From contig JBGAML010000007.1 of NCBI GenBank assembly GCA_044223005.1, positions 128,001-192,000 on the forward strand: 64,000 nucleotides of DNA, written 5' to 3'. The notes beneath the pieces are model-generated. The model saw nothing but the letters and a program-made list of their open reading frames with translations. It made no database searches and had not been told where the DNA came from. A program made the translations under genes and the position numbers. Positions 48,586 to 58,702 of this stretch are shown here, in pieces (the stretch's first letter is position 1; every line of letters starts with the position of its first letter). This stretch comes from Candidatus Eiseniibacteriota bacterium. Its GTDB lineage: Bacteria > Eisenbacteria > RBG-16-71-46.

Positions 48586-50040
48586 TCAGGCCGCCCGGGC
48601 GAGCAGGCCCGCGCCCGCGGCCGCGCGGTCGCGGCGCAGGCGGTCGGCGGCCATCCAGAGCGCGAAGAACAGCCACACCTGGTACTGGTAGGTCACGTTG
48701 CGCAGGTACTCGATCTTGATCTGGTCGACGAGGAAATACGCCAGCTGCACGCGTGCGACCAGCAGGTACCCGTCGAGGTAGCTGCCCCGGGTCATGCTGT
48801 CGACGGTCGGCTTCGTGTGGCGCCACAGCGTCACCAGCATGAGTGCGAAGAACACGAACCCGAAGATGCCGACGATGTTCAGTACGTACAGGTACAGGTT
48901 GTGGGGCCAGAACCAGAAGTACAGGCCGCGCTTGAACGTGTACAGCGGGCCCGAACCGATCAGCGGATGCAGGAGGAAGCGCTCCCACGCGTCCTTCCAC
49001 GGGGCGGCGCGGCTGTCGGGCACCAGCCCGTGGATCTCGGTGCCCATCACGCGGGCGAGCAGGTCGCCCGAACGCGTGAAGGTGGCGACGAAGAAGTTCA
49101 TGGCCGCGATGCCGATCGCCGTGAGCGTCACCGTGAGCATCACCGGCACGACGCGCAGGTTCCGCCGCACGAGCCAGGTGAGGTACGCCAGCGCCACCGC
49201 GAGCGAGACGATCGGGCCGCGCGTGACCGTCGCGAAGATGCCGAACACCGTGAGTGCGAGCAGGCTGCCCGCCCAGAGGCGCTCCAGGGCGGTGCGGGCG
49301 CGCATCAACAGGAAGATCAGGAAGATCAGGTTCATGCCGCAGAAATCGGCGAACAGCTCGTAGTCGTAGAAGATCGAGCCGATGCGGACGTTCTTGCGAT
49401 TGAACTCGTCGCCGCGCGTGTGGGCGAAGTCGATCCAGCCCCGAACGATCGCTTCCCCGGGGTGGTTCAGCTCCCAGACGGCGAGCAGCAGGATGATGAA
49501 CATCACGAGCGCCTGGAAGAAATGCAGGCGCTTGAGGTCGTTCTCGGTGCGGACGCTGTTCACCACGAGCCCGTACATGAAGACGGTGCCCAGGAACAGG
49601 TAGAACGTCTCGAGCGCCGCCTGGATGTCGCGCGGGTCGCAGTTGTAGAACGAGACGATGTACGCGATCACGAGCCCGATCACGGGGCCGTCGATGGGTG
49701 TCGGGCGGGGGCGCGGCAGCTCGCGCTGCGTGACGCGCAGCAGGTAGATGACGAGCAGCAGCAGGATGAGGGCGAGGTTCGTGCTGCCGAAGGTCGTGCC
49801 GCGCGGAAACGGCAGCGCGAGGATCATCACGCCGATGCCGGCGATGATCTCGAGCCGCCAGGCGATGCCGATCACGATGACGGCCGCCGCCACCGAGAGC
49901 ACGCGCTTGTTCGGCTGCACGTACTGCAGGCCCAGCAGTACGCCGAGCCCGGTCACGGCGAGGATGTTGAAGATCCGGCCGAGCCAGTCGGTCCCGCCCG
50001 TCCTGCCGGACGAGTCGCGGGAGTGGGACAGCAGGCTCAT
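48586..50040 (-). CDS. O-antigen polymerase/ligase (Wzy/WaaL, Wzy_C) family membrane protein
   Basis: Many TMs; RIGSIF, T.TRG, R...W..A...FL.HPLIGSG, PHNLYL. Confidence 0.85.
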   Translation of the reverse strand: MSLLSHSRDSSGRTGGTDWLGRIFNILAVTGLGVLLGLQYVQPNKRVLSVAAAVIVIGIAWRLEIIAGIGVMILALPFPRGTTFGSTNLALILLLLVIYLLRVTQRELPRPRPTPIDGPVIGLVIAYIVSFYNCDPRDIQAALETFYLFLGTVFMYGLVVNSVRTENDLKRLHFFQALVMFIILLLAVWELNHPGEAIVRGWIDFAHTRGDEFNRKNVRIGSIFYDYELFADFCGMNLIFLIFLLMRARTALERLWAGSLLALTVFGIFATVTRGPIVSLAVALAYLTWLVRRNLRVVPVMLTVTLTAIGIAAMNFFVATFTRSGDLLARVMGTEIHGLVPDSRAAPWKDAWERFLLHPLIGSGPLYTFKRGLYFWFWPHNLYLYVLNIVGIFGFVFFALMLVTLWRHTKPTVDSMTRGSYLDGYLLVARVQLAYFLVDQIKIEYLRNVTYQYQVWLFFALWMAADRLRRDRAAAGAGLLARAA

Positions 50041-50281
50041 GCGCGGTTCTCCGGGTGGGTGGCGGCGCTCGCCCGAGTTGTCGGCGGGATCCGCGCTGCG
50101 GTCGAGGCCGGCGTCGGCCCCGTCCGTACCGCTTCCGGTCCGGAGGGCGGGCACCGGCTCCCGGACGCGGGAGGGAGAGCGTAACAAAGCCGCTTTCGCG
50201 GCGGCAACGCCCGGGCGCGCCGGCCGCGGCACGCGCGTGCCGGTCGACAGTGGCGCGGGCTGCACCTATGCTGCCCCGCCT

Positions 50282-51043
50282 ATGATGCCGCAACCTCACG
50301 CTCCCGTTGGCCCGACCGCGCCGGCCGGGGTCGACCCGGCTCGCGTGGCCGTGGTCGTTCCGGCCTGGAACGAGGCCGGCAAGATCGGCGACGTGGTCCG
50401 CAAGGTGCCCCGCGCCCTCGTCTCGTGCGTCGTCGTCGTCGACGATTGCTCCCGCGACGCCACCTCCGAGGACGCCCGCGCCGCCGGGGCCGACGTGGTC
50501 CTGCGCCACGCGGTGAACCAGGGCGTCGGGGCCGCCATCCGCACGGGACTGCTCGAGGCGAAGCGCCGCGGCTACGAGTTCGCGGCCATCCTGAGCGGCG
50601 ACGATCAGCACGAACCGCACGAGCTCGCGCGCATGCTGCCGCTGCTCTTCGCCGGCGAGGCCGATCTCGTCCAGGGCTCGCGCTGGCTCCCGGGCGGTGC
50701 GGTGCCGGGCATTCCGGCCGACCGCCGCTGGCTCACGCGGCTCTACCCGCGCCTCTTCTCGCTCGCCAGCGGCCAGCCCTGCACCGACGGCACCAACGGC
50801 ATGCGCGCGTTCCGGCTCGCGCTGCTCGACGATCCGCGGATGCGGCTCGATCAGTCGTGGCTCGATCGCTACGAGCTCGAGCCCTACCTGCTCTACCAGG
50901 CGGTGCGCTGCGGCTACCGGGTGCGGGAAGTGCCGGTGACCGTGCGTTACCATGCCCGCGGTACCACCAAGATGCGCTGGCTCTCCGACGGCTGGCGCAT
51001 CCTGCGCCCGATCGTCTACCTCAGGCTGGGGCTGCGTCACTGA
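50282..51043 (+). CDS. GT2 glycosyltransferase (DPM-like)
   Basis: VVPAWNEA, VVDDCSRD, NQGVGAAI, SGDDQH, VQGSR, DGTNGMR. Confidence 0.88.
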   Translation: MMPQPHAPVGPTAPAGVDPARVAVVVPAWNEAGKIGDVVRKVPRALVSCVVVVDDCSRDATSEDARAAGADVVLRHAVNQGVGAAIRTGLLEAKRRGYEFAAILSGDDQHEPHELARMLPLLFAGEADLVQGSRWLPGGAVPGIPADRRWLTRLYPRLFSLASGQPCTDGTNGMRAFRLALLDDPRMRLDQSWLDRYELEPYLLYQAVRCGYRVREVPVTVRYHARGTTKMRWLSDGWRILRPIVYLRLGLRH

Positions 51044-51062
51044 ACGCCCCGGAGGTCCTCAC

Positions 51063-52028
51063 GTGAACACGCTCGAGAACACCCGCGTCCTCGTCACGGG
51101 CGGCGCCGGGTTCGTGGGCAGCAACCTCGTGCGCCGGCTGCTGCGCGACGGGGCGAAGGTGACGGTGCTCGACGACCTCTTCACGGGCCGGCTCGAGAAC
51201 CTGCCCGCGGCGGGTTTCGACTTCGTCCAGGGCACCGTCTGCGACGCTGCCCTCGTCGCGAAGCTGGTCGCCGCGAACGAGGTGATCGTGCACGCGGCGG
51301 CGCGCAACATCGTGGTCTCCACGCGCAATCCGCGCGAGGACTACGAGACCAACATCGGCGGCACGCTGAACGTGCTGCTCGCGGCGCGCGAATCGAAGCC
51401 GCGCCGGGTGGTCTACACCTCCAGCACGTCCGTGTACGGCAACCCGCGCTACCTGCCCATCAACGAGGACGACCGGCTGCAGCTCCTGACGCCGTACTCG
51501 GTGTCCAAGCTCGGCGGCGAGAACTACTGCATGGCGTTCCACGAGTCGTACGGCGTGCCGACCACCGCCGTGCGCTACTCGAACATCTTCGGGCCCGGGC
51601 AGGACCCCGCGAATCCCTACTGCGGCGTCGTGGCCAAGTTCATCGAATCGCTGTTCGCCGGGCGCCCGCCGGTGATCCACGGCGACGGCAACCAGACGCG
51701 CGATTTCACGTTCGTCGACGACGCCGTCGAGGCGACGCTGCTCACCGCCTGCGCGGACCGCGCGATCGGCGAGGTGTTCAACGTCGGCACCGGCGTCGAG
51801 ACGCGCGTCAACGAGCTCGCCGCGATCCTGATCAAGGTGACCGGCGTCGACGTGGAGCCCGAGCACACCGATCGCCGGGACATCGACAACATCCGGCGAC
51901 GCGTCGTGAACATCGAGAAGACCCGGCGGACGCTCCGCTGGGTGCCCGAGGTGACGCTGGAGCGCGGCCTGCGCCGGACGGTGGAGTGGCAGCGTGGCGT
52001 CTCGGGGCCGCCTGGGGCCGCCCGGTAG
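51063..52028 (+). CDS. NAD-dependent nucleotide-sugar epimerase/dehydratase (extended SDR)
   Basis: GTG after GGAGG; TGGAGFVG, SSTSVYG, YSVSK, GDGNQTRDFTFV. Confidence 0.92.
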   Translation: MNTLENTRVLVTGGAGFVGSNLVRRLLRDGAKVTVLDDLFTGRLENLPAAGFDFVQGTVCDAALVAKLVAANEVIVHAAARNIVVSTRNPREDYETNIGGTLNVLLAARESKPRRVVYTSSTSVYGNPRYLPINEDDRLQLLTPYSVSKLGGENYCMAFHESYGVPTTAVRYSNIFGPGQDPANPYCGVVAKFIESLFAGRPPVIHGDGNQTRDFTFVDDAVEATLLTACADRAIGEVFNVGTGVETRVNELAAILIKVTGVDVEPEHTDRRDIDNIRRRVVNIEKTRRTLRWVPEVTLERGLRRTVEWQRGVSGPPGAAR

Positions 52029-52429
52029 GGTCCGTTTCGGGCGGGCAAACCCAGTCGAGAGCCGAATCCCCCTCCGGTGAGCAAAGGGCAATTCGGGGTT
52101 GAAAGCGCTGTGAGGCTGTTGTTAAGCTGGATTCACGGTCAGTTCCCCAGTTGCGCCCCCTACGCGAGGACCGATCCCACGATTCCTTGTTAACTGGGTT
52201 GAACAGCGCTGGATGAATCAGCAGCAACCGGGTCGACCTCATCGGCCCGGACGACCGGAGTGATCCGGGACACGCACCAGGACAGGCACCTTGGTTATCC
52301 CCCCGTCGCTCGGACTCGACCAATCCAGTGGCCGTCACCATCGGATGACGCGAGTGGCTTGAGAACCGTGGGGACCTCGTGCGTCCCACGGATCTGTTCG
52401 CAGGGCGACGACAACTGAGAGTGGCATCG

Positions 52430-53365
52430 ATGGAGCCCGACATCCTCTCGTCCGCCGGAGAAGCCGTAGTCCGTGGTGGGGACTGGCCGGCGCCGAACGA
52501 GCCTCACGCGCGCAACGAAGCCGTGGACGCGGTCCCGACCGGGACGGCGGGAGCCACCCGCTCGGCCGCGACCGGCTCGAACCCGGCGACACGCGCACGC
52601 GCGCTGGCGTCCGCCAACGGCGTCGCGCACCCGCATGGTTACGCCAACGGTCACGCCCGTCCGCGCAACGGCGCGCACGGCGCGTGGGCGCAGCCGCGGC
52701 TCGTCGCGACGGGCGCCTCCGCCGCGCCCGTGCTGCCGTTCGAGACGCCGGCGCCCGAGGGCCTCTACCAGCGCTTCGGCAAGCGCATGCTCGACGTCCT
52801 GGGCGCGTGCTTCGCGCTCGTGATCTTCGCGCCGGTGATGGCGCTGCTCGCGCTGCTGATCCGGCTTGAGTCCCGCGGCCCGGTGATCTACCGCTCGACG
52901 CGCATCGGCCGCGGCGGCCGCGCGTTCACGTTCTACAAGCTGCGCTCGATGGTGAAGGACGCCGACCGGCGCCGGCACACGATCGCGCACATGAACGAGG
53001 CCGACGGCCCCGTGTTCAAGATCGCGCGCGACCCGCGCATCACCCGGATCGGCCGCTTCATGCGCTCGACGAGCCTCGACGAGCTGCCGCAGTTCTACAA
53101 CGTCCTGATCGGCGACATGAGCCTCGTCGGCCCGCGGCCGCCGATTCCCGAGGAAGTCTCGCAGTACGAGCCGTGGCAGCTGCGCCGGCTCGACGTTCGC
53201 CCGGGCATCACCTGCCTGTGGCAGATCAGCGGACGCAGCCGCATCGGGTTCCAGGAGTGGATGCGACTCGATCTCGAGTACATCCGGCACCGCTCCTTCA
53301 AGCTCGACCTCAAGATCCTCCTGCGCACGATCCCCGCGGTCCTGTCCCGGGAGGGGGCGTACTGA
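52430..53365 (+). CDS. priming phosphoglycosyltransferase (bacterial sugar transferase)
   Basis: KRMLD, FYKLRSM, DPRITRIGRFMRSTSLDELPQ, GDMSLVGPRP, RPGITCLWQ; start uncertain. Confidence 0.92.
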   Translation: MEPDILSSAGEAVVRGGDWPAPNEPHARNEAVDAVPTGTAGATRSAATGSNPATRARALASANGVAHPHGYANGHARPRNGAHGAWAQPRLVATGASAAPVLPFETPAPEGLYQRFGKRMLDVLGACFALVIFAPVMALLALLIRLESRGPVIYRSTRIGRGGRAFTFYKLRSMVKDADRRRHTIAHMNEADGPVFKIARDPRITRIGRFMRSTSLDELPQFYNVLIGDMSLVGPRPPIPEEVSQYEPWQLRRLDVRPGITCLWQISGRSRIGFQEWMRLDLEYIRHRSFKLDLKILLRTIPAVLSREGAY

Positions 53366-53370
53366 GCGGA

Positions 53371-54927
53371 GTGAAATCGGACACGTCCGCGCCCGCGCGG
53401 CCAGCCGCCGACATCCCGCCCGACTCGACCTCCCCGGCCCTGACCCGCATCGTCGTCGCCGCGACCCTCGTCGCCGCGGCGCTGCGCCTGTTCCGCCTCG
53501 GCCACCAGAGCCTGTGGATCGACGAGGTGTTCTCGTGGCAGGCCGCCGGCGGCAACCAGGTGCTCGGCGTGCGCGAACTGCTCGAGAACGTGCACGGTCC
53601 GCTCTACGCGCTGATGCTGCACGCGTGGATGCGCGTGGCCGGCCAGTCCGAATGGGCGCTGCGCGCCCCCAGCGCGCTGGCCGGCGTGCTCATGGTGCCG
53701 GCGATCGCGCAACTCGCGCGCCGCTGGCTGGGGCGCGAGGCGGTGGCGCCGGCCGCGTGGCTCGCCGCCACGTCGCCGTTCCTCGTCTGGTACGGGCAGG
53801 AGGTGCGCAACTACGCGTGGCTGCTGCTCTGGGCGGTGGTGAGCGTGTCCGCACTGCTCGAGCTGCGCCGCGCGCCGTCGGCGCGCGCGGTCGCGCAGGT
53901 GCTCGGCGCCACCGCCGCGGGCCTGCTCACCAACTGGTCGTTCGCGCTGCTGCTGCCGTTCCACCTGCGGCTCTGGCTGGGCGGCGAGCCCGCCACGCGC
54001 GCCTACCGCGCCCGCGCGCTCGCCGGCGCGGCGGTCGTGCTCGCGCTGCTCGCGGCGCCGTTCGTGCCGCGCGTCGCGGCCACGTGGGACTTCCGCCGGC
54101 TGCAGCCGCAGCATGCCACCGCCGCGGGAGAAGCGCTGCGGGGGAGCACCACGTTCCACGTCGCGGCGGTGCCGTTCGCGTTCCATTCGTTCGCGGTCGG
54201 CTTCACGCTCGGGCCCTCGCTGCGCGAGCTGCACGCCCGGCCGGCCGCCGAGGCGGTCCGGGCCCACGCGCCCGAACTGGCGGCCACCGCGGCGGTGTTC
54301 GGGTTCCTCGGGGCGCTGGCCGTGCTGGCGCTCTCGCGTCGCCGGAAACTGGCCGATACCCTGCTCTGGCTGGTCGCGCCGGTGGTGCTCGTGAGTTACT
54401 TTGCCGCCCACAACTTCAAGGTCTTCAACCCGCGCTACCTCGCCGTCGGGCTTCCCTGCCTGCTCTTGGGTGTCGCGGCCGCCCTGGCGGACCTCCGCCC
54501 GGCCACGCGCCGCCTCGCCGCGGGCGCGATCGCTGCACTCTGGGCCATCTCGTTGTACCATCATTATTTCGTACCGGGGTACGGGCGGGAGGACTACCGC
54601 GGCGCGCTCACCAGCGTGCGCGCGGGGTTCGCTCCCGGCGAGCAGGTGCTGGCCGTCGGATCCCCGGATCCGGTGGAGTTCTACGGCAAGGGCCTGCGTG
54701 TCGAACCGTGGTGGCTCGGTTTCGCCGCCGATTCGTCCCGCATGGCGCTCCGGTTCGAGCAGGCCGCGTCGCACGCCCACGGGACATGGGTCGTCCTCAG
54801 CCGACACGAGGACCTCGATCCCGCGGACCACTTCGCGCGCTGGCTCGACACGCGGTACCCGGGCGCGACCCGGTCGAGTTTCGAGGGCGTGCGCGTCTGG
54901 CACGTGCCTCCGCAGCAGCAGGAGTGA
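53371..54927 (+). CDS. GT-C (GT39/GT83, PMT/ArnT-like) membrane glycosyltransferase
   Basis: SLWIDE, H.PLY, LRAPS, SPFLVWY.QEVR.Y, RYL, REDYR. Confidence 0.8.
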   Translation: MKSDTSAPARPAADIPPDSTSPALTRIVVAATLVAAALRLFRLGHQSLWIDEVFSWQAAGGNQVLGVRELLENVHGPLYALMLHAWMRVAGQSEWALRAPSALAGVLMVPAIAQLARRWLGREAVAPAAWLAATSPFLVWYGQEVRNYAWLLLWAVVSVSALLELRRAPSARAVAQVLGATAAGLLTNWSFALLLPFHLRLWLGGEPATRAYRARALAGAAVVLALLAAPFVPRVAATWDFRRLQPQHATAAGEALRGSTTFHVAAVPFAFHSFAVGFTLGPSLRELHARPAAEAVRAHAPELAATAAVFGFLGALAVLALSRRRKLADTLLWLVAPVVLVSYFAAHNFKVFNPRYLAVGLPCLLLGVAAALADLRPATRRLAAGAIAALWAISLYHHYFVPGYGREDYRGALTSVRAGFAPGEQVLAVGSPDPVEFYGKGLRVEPWWLGFAADSSRMALRFEQAASHAHGTWVVLSRHEDLDPADHFARWLDTRYPGATRSSFEGVRVWHVPPQQQE

Positions 54928-55015
54928 TCCCCCCGGGCAGCCGTCTCGGACGGTGCGGCCCGTTCGCTTCGCGTCAGGATCGAGCCGGCGCTCCGGCCGG
55001 CTCGGAGGAAGGCAT

Positions 55016-56332
55016 ATGCGGGTCGTCGTCGTCGGACTGGGCTACGTGGGTTCGGTGTGTTCGGCATGCTTCTCGAGCCGGGGGCACGATGTCGTGGGCG
55101 TGGACACCAACGCCTACAAGGTCTCGTGCATCGAGCGGGGCGAGAGCCCGATCGTGGAGAAGGACCTCGGGCGGCTGATCGCCGAGGGCCGCGCCTCGGG
55201 CAAGCTCACCGCGACGACCGACATCACGAAGGCCATGCCCGGCGCCGACGTCGTACTCGTGTGCGTGGGCACGCCCTCCGCCGAGGACGGGTCGCTCAAC
55301 CTGGACCACGTGCGCCGCTCGTGCGCCGAGGTGGGTTCGGCGTTGAAGAGCACGGGCCGGTTCACGACCGTGGTCATGCGCAGCACCATGCTGCCGGGCT
55401 CGGTGATGGACCAGCTCCTGCCGGTGCTCGAACAGTCGAGCGGCGGCAAGGCCGGCGTGGACTTCGGCGTCGCCTACAACCCCGAGTTCCTGCGCGAGGG
55501 GACCGCGGTCGCCGACTTCTTCGGCGCCGAGTACACCGTGATCGGCGCGGGCTGCCCGCGTGCAGGCGAGGCGCTGAAGCAGCTCTACTCCGACGTGGGC
55601 GGCGAGATCATCGTGACCGACGTGCCGGTCGCCGAGATGCTCAAGTACGTGAACAACTCCTTCCACGCGCTCAAAGTCGCGTTCGCGAACGAGTTCGGCC
55701 GTATCTGCAAGCGCGAGGGCATCGACAGCCACGCCGTGATGAAGATCATGGTGCGCGACACCAAGCTCAACCTGTCGCCCTACTACCTGAGCCCGGGCTT
55801 CGCGTTCGGCGGCTCGTGCCTGCCCAAGGACGTGCGCGCGATCACCGCGCGCTCGCGCCAGCACGGGCTGGAGCTGCCGGTGCTGCAGAACATCATGCGC
55901 TCGAACGACCAGCACGTGGAGGACGCGATCCACCTGATCGAGAAGTTCAAGCGCCGCAAGCTCGGGTTCCTCGGCCTGTCGTTCAAGGCCGGCACCGACG
56001 ACCTGCGCGAGAGCCCGATCCTGCGCGTGATCGGGACGCTGGTGGGCAAGGGCTACTCGGTGCTGCTGCACGACCCCAACCTCGACATGGAGCGCGTGCT
56101 CGGCGCCAACCGCCGCTTCGTCGAGGACGAGGTGCCGTACCTGCCCGAGCGGCTGCGCCCGGACCTGGACGAGGTGCTGCGCGAAAGCGAGGTGCTGGTC
56201 GTGGGCAACCGCACCGCGGCCTATCGCGAGATCGGTCCGCGCGTGCGCGAAGGGCAGGTGCTCGTCGACCTCGCGGCGGCCGTGGATCGCGCCAGCGTCG
56301 GGCGCGGGGAGTACCATGGCCTCGCGTGGTAG
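55016..56332 (+). CDS. GDP-mannose/UDP-glucose 6-dehydrogenase (AlgD-like)
   Basis: GLGYVG, CVGTPS, NPEFLREG, KLNLSPYYL.PGFAFGGSCLPKD, FKAGTDDLRESP. Confidence 0.93.
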   Translation: MRVVVVGLGYVGSVCSACFSSRGHDVVGVDTNAYKVSCIERGESPIVEKDLGRLIAEGRASGKLTATTDITKAMPGADVVLVCVGTPSAEDGSLNLDHVRRSCAEVGSALKSTGRFTTVVMRSTMLPGSVMDQLLPVLEQSSGGKAGVDFGVAYNPEFLREGTAVADFFGAEYTVIGAGCPRAGEALKQLYSDVGGEIIVTDVPVAEMLKYVNNSFHALKVAFANEFGRICKREGIDSHAVMKIMVRDTKLNLSPYYLSPGFAFGGSCLPKDVRAITARSRQHGLELPVLQNIMRSNDQHVEDAIHLIEKFKRRKLGFLGLSFKAGTDDLRESPILRVIGTLVGKGYSVLLHDPNLDMERVLGANRRFVEDEVPYLPERLRPDLDEVLRESEVLVVGNRTAAYREIGPRVREGQVLVDLAAAVDRASVGRGEYHGLAW

Positions 56333-57533
56333 GGTCCTTCACCTCTCCGAGAACCTCACCCTGCCGTTCGACCGGCGCGTGTGGATGGAGCTCAACGCGC
56401 TCCGCGCCGCCGGCTGGGAGGTGTCCGCGATCTGCCCCATGGGCGATGGCGGCACCGAACCCTACGAGGTCCTGAACGGCATCCACATCTGGCGCTATCC
56501 CGCGCCGCCGGTGACGTCGGGGGTCCTGAGCTACATCTGGGAGTTCCTCTACTGCTGGCTGCAGACGGCGTGGCTCACGCTGCGCGTGTCGGTGCGCCAG
56601 GGCTTCGACGTGCTGCACACCGCGAACCCGCCGGACACGTTCTGGGCGATCGCGCTGCTCTTCAAGCCGCTCGGGGTCAAGTTCGTGTTCGACCACCACG
56701 ACCTCTGCCCGGAGCTCTACCTGTCGCGCTTCGGCGAATCGCGCGCGGGCACGCTGCCGCACCGAGGGCTCGCGTGGCTCGAGCGCATGCAGTTCCGCAC
56801 CGCGGACCTGGTGATCTCGACCAACGAGTCGTACCGCCAGGTCGCACTGGGCCGCGGCGGCAAGAAGCCCGACGAAGTGTGGGTGGTGCGCAGCGGCCCG
56901 AGCCGCGCGCGCTTCGGCACGCTGCGCCAGGGCGAGCCGGCCCTGAAGCGCGGCCGCAAGTTCCTCGTCGCCTACCTGGGCGTGATGGCGCCGCAGGACG
57001 GCGTCGACCACCTCGTGCGCGCGGCCGAGGTGATGGTGCGCGAACACCACCGCGAGGACGTGTCGTTCACGTTCGTCGGCGCGGGGGATTCGTTCGAGGA
57101 CCTGAAGGCGATGGTGCGCGAGCGCGGGCTCGAGGCGTACTGCGAGTTCACCGGGCGCGTCCCCGACGCCGAGGTCGAGCGCGTGTTGTTCACGGCCGAC
57201 GTGTGCGTGAGCCCGGATCCCAAGAACCCGCTCAACGACGTCAGCACCATGAACAAGGTGCTCGAATACATGGCCTGCGCCAAGCCGATCGTCTGCTACG
57301 ACCTGCGCGAGCACCGCTACTCGGCGGGCGAGGGCTCTCTGTACGCGATCGCGGACGACGTGCACGACCTCGCGGCCAAGATCGAGCAGCTGCTCGCGGA
57401 TCCCGCGATGCGCGAGCGCATGGGCGCGTACAATCGCGAGCGGTTCCTCTCCCAGATGGCGTGGGAGCACAACGCCGGCCGGCTGATCGAAGCCTACGAG
57501 GCGCGATGCGCAACGGCACGCCGCAACGGTTGA
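56316..57533 (+). CDS. GT4 glycosyltransferase
   Basis: DRRVW.E, DHHDLCPE, PQDGVD, STMNKVLEYMA. Confidence 0.88.
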   Translation: MASRGRVLHLSENLTLPFDRRVWMELNALRAAGWEVSAICPMGDGGTEPYEVLNGIHIWRYPAPPVTSGVLSYIWEFLYCWLQTAWLTLRVSVRQGFDVLHTANPPDTFWAIALLFKPLGVKFVFDHHDLCPELYLSRFGESRAGTLPHRGLAWLERMQFRTADLVISTNESYRQVALGRGGKKPDEVWVVRSGPSRARFGTLRQGEPALKRGRKFLVAYLGVMAPQDGVDHLVRAAEVMVREHHREDVSFTFVGAGDSFEDLKAMVRERGLEAYCEFTGRVPDAEVERVLFTADVCVSPDPKNPLNDVSTMNKVLEYMACAKPIVCYDLREHRYSAGEGSLYAIADDVHDLAAKIEQLLADPAMRERMGAYNRERFLSQMAWEHNAGRLIEAYEARCATARRNG

Positions 57534-58702
57534 ACGTCCTGCTCGTCGAGAGCGGACGCGCGGTCGGGGGCACCGAGCGCGTGGTCTGGGAGCTCGCGAC
57601 GCGCCTGGCGCCGGAGCGGTTCGCGGTGCGCGTGTGGCTGAGCCCGGTGCCGGCGCTGGACGAGTTCGCCGCCGCGCTCGAAGCGCGCGGCATTCCGGTC
57701 GAGCGAGTGGCTGAGGTGGACTCGCGCTGGGACTGGAAGGGCATGCTCGGCACGTGGAACGCACTTCGCCGCGTGCGCCCCGACGTGCTGCACGTGCACC
57801 ACGTCTGGCCCGCGGCCGATCGCTACCTTGCCATGCTCGCGCGTGCGGCCGGCGTGCGGCACCTGGTCGTGACCGAGCACATCGTGGGCGAGTCGCATTC
57901 GGACGGGCAGCGCGCGCTCAAGCGCGCCGAGTTGGGCCGCGCCGACGCCGTGACCGCCGTGTGCGGCGCGGTGGCCGAGACGCTGGTGCGCGACTACGGG
58001 ATCGAGCGCGCGCGCGTGCGCGTGGTGCCCAACGGCGCCGACCTGCCGGACGAGGCGGCCGAGGCGCCCGTGGCCAAGGCGTGGCGCGAGCGCTTCGGCG
58101 CGTCGCTGATCCGCCCGCTCTGGGTGGTCGCGGGCCGGCTGGAAGAACAGAAGGGCCACGCGGTGCTGCTGGACGCGCTCGCCGAGGTGCGCAAGCGCGG
58201 ACTCGACTTCACGCTCGCCGTGGCCGGCGAGGGCTCGCTCAAGACCACGCTGGAGCAGCGCGCCGAGCAACTCGGCATCGGGCCGCGCGTGCGCTTCCTG
58301 GGCGCGCTCGACGACGTCGGCCCGCTGCTCGCCGCCGCCGACGCGGTGGTGCTGCCGTCGCACTGGGAGGGCCTTCCGCTCGTGCTGCTCGAGGCCATGG
58401 TGCGCTCGCGCCCGATCGTCGCGACCGCCGTGGGCGGCGTGCCCGAGGTGATCGAGGACGGCACGCACGGCGCGCTCGTGGCGCCGGGCGATGCGCTCGC
58501 GCTGGCGGACGAGCTGGAGCGCTTTCACCGCAAGACCGAGCGCGGCATCCGGCTCGGGCGCGCGGCCGGCGAGCGCGCGCGGCGCGACTACCTGTGGCAG
58601 GCCGTCGCCGACGGCTTCGAAGCGGTGTACGACGAGGTGCTGGGGCTCGCGACGTTCACGCCCGAGGACGCGCCCGGCGCGTCTCGCGGAGGTGGCCGGT
58701 GA
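57506..58702 (+). CDS. GT4 glycosyltransferase
   Basis: GGTER, GRLEEQKGH, PSHWEGLPLVLLEAM; start ATG 57506 or TTG 57530. Confidence 0.9.
   Translation: MRNGTPQRLNVLLVESGRAVGGTERVVWELATRLAPERFAVRVWLSPVPALDEFAAALEARGIPVERVAEVDSRWDWKGMLGTWNALRRVRPDVLHVHHVWPAADRYLAMLARAAGVRHLVVTEHIVGESHSDGQRALKRAELGRADAVTAVCGAVAETLVRDYGIERARVRVVPNGADLPDEAAEAPVAKAWRERFGASLIRPLWVVAGRLEEQKGHAVLLDALAEVRKRGLDFTLAVAGEGSLKTTLEQRAEQLGIGPRVRFLGALDDVGPLLAAADAVVLPSHWEGLPLVLLEAMVRSRPIVATAVGGVPEVIEDGTHGALVAPGDALALADELERFHRKTERGIRLGRAAGERARRDYLWQAVADGFEAVYDEVLGLATFTPEDAPGASRGGGR

Noticed and set aside
52284..52298. Possible sigma54 site AGGCAC-CTTGG-TTAT
   Set aside because: The -12 GC is replaced by AT; too weak to call
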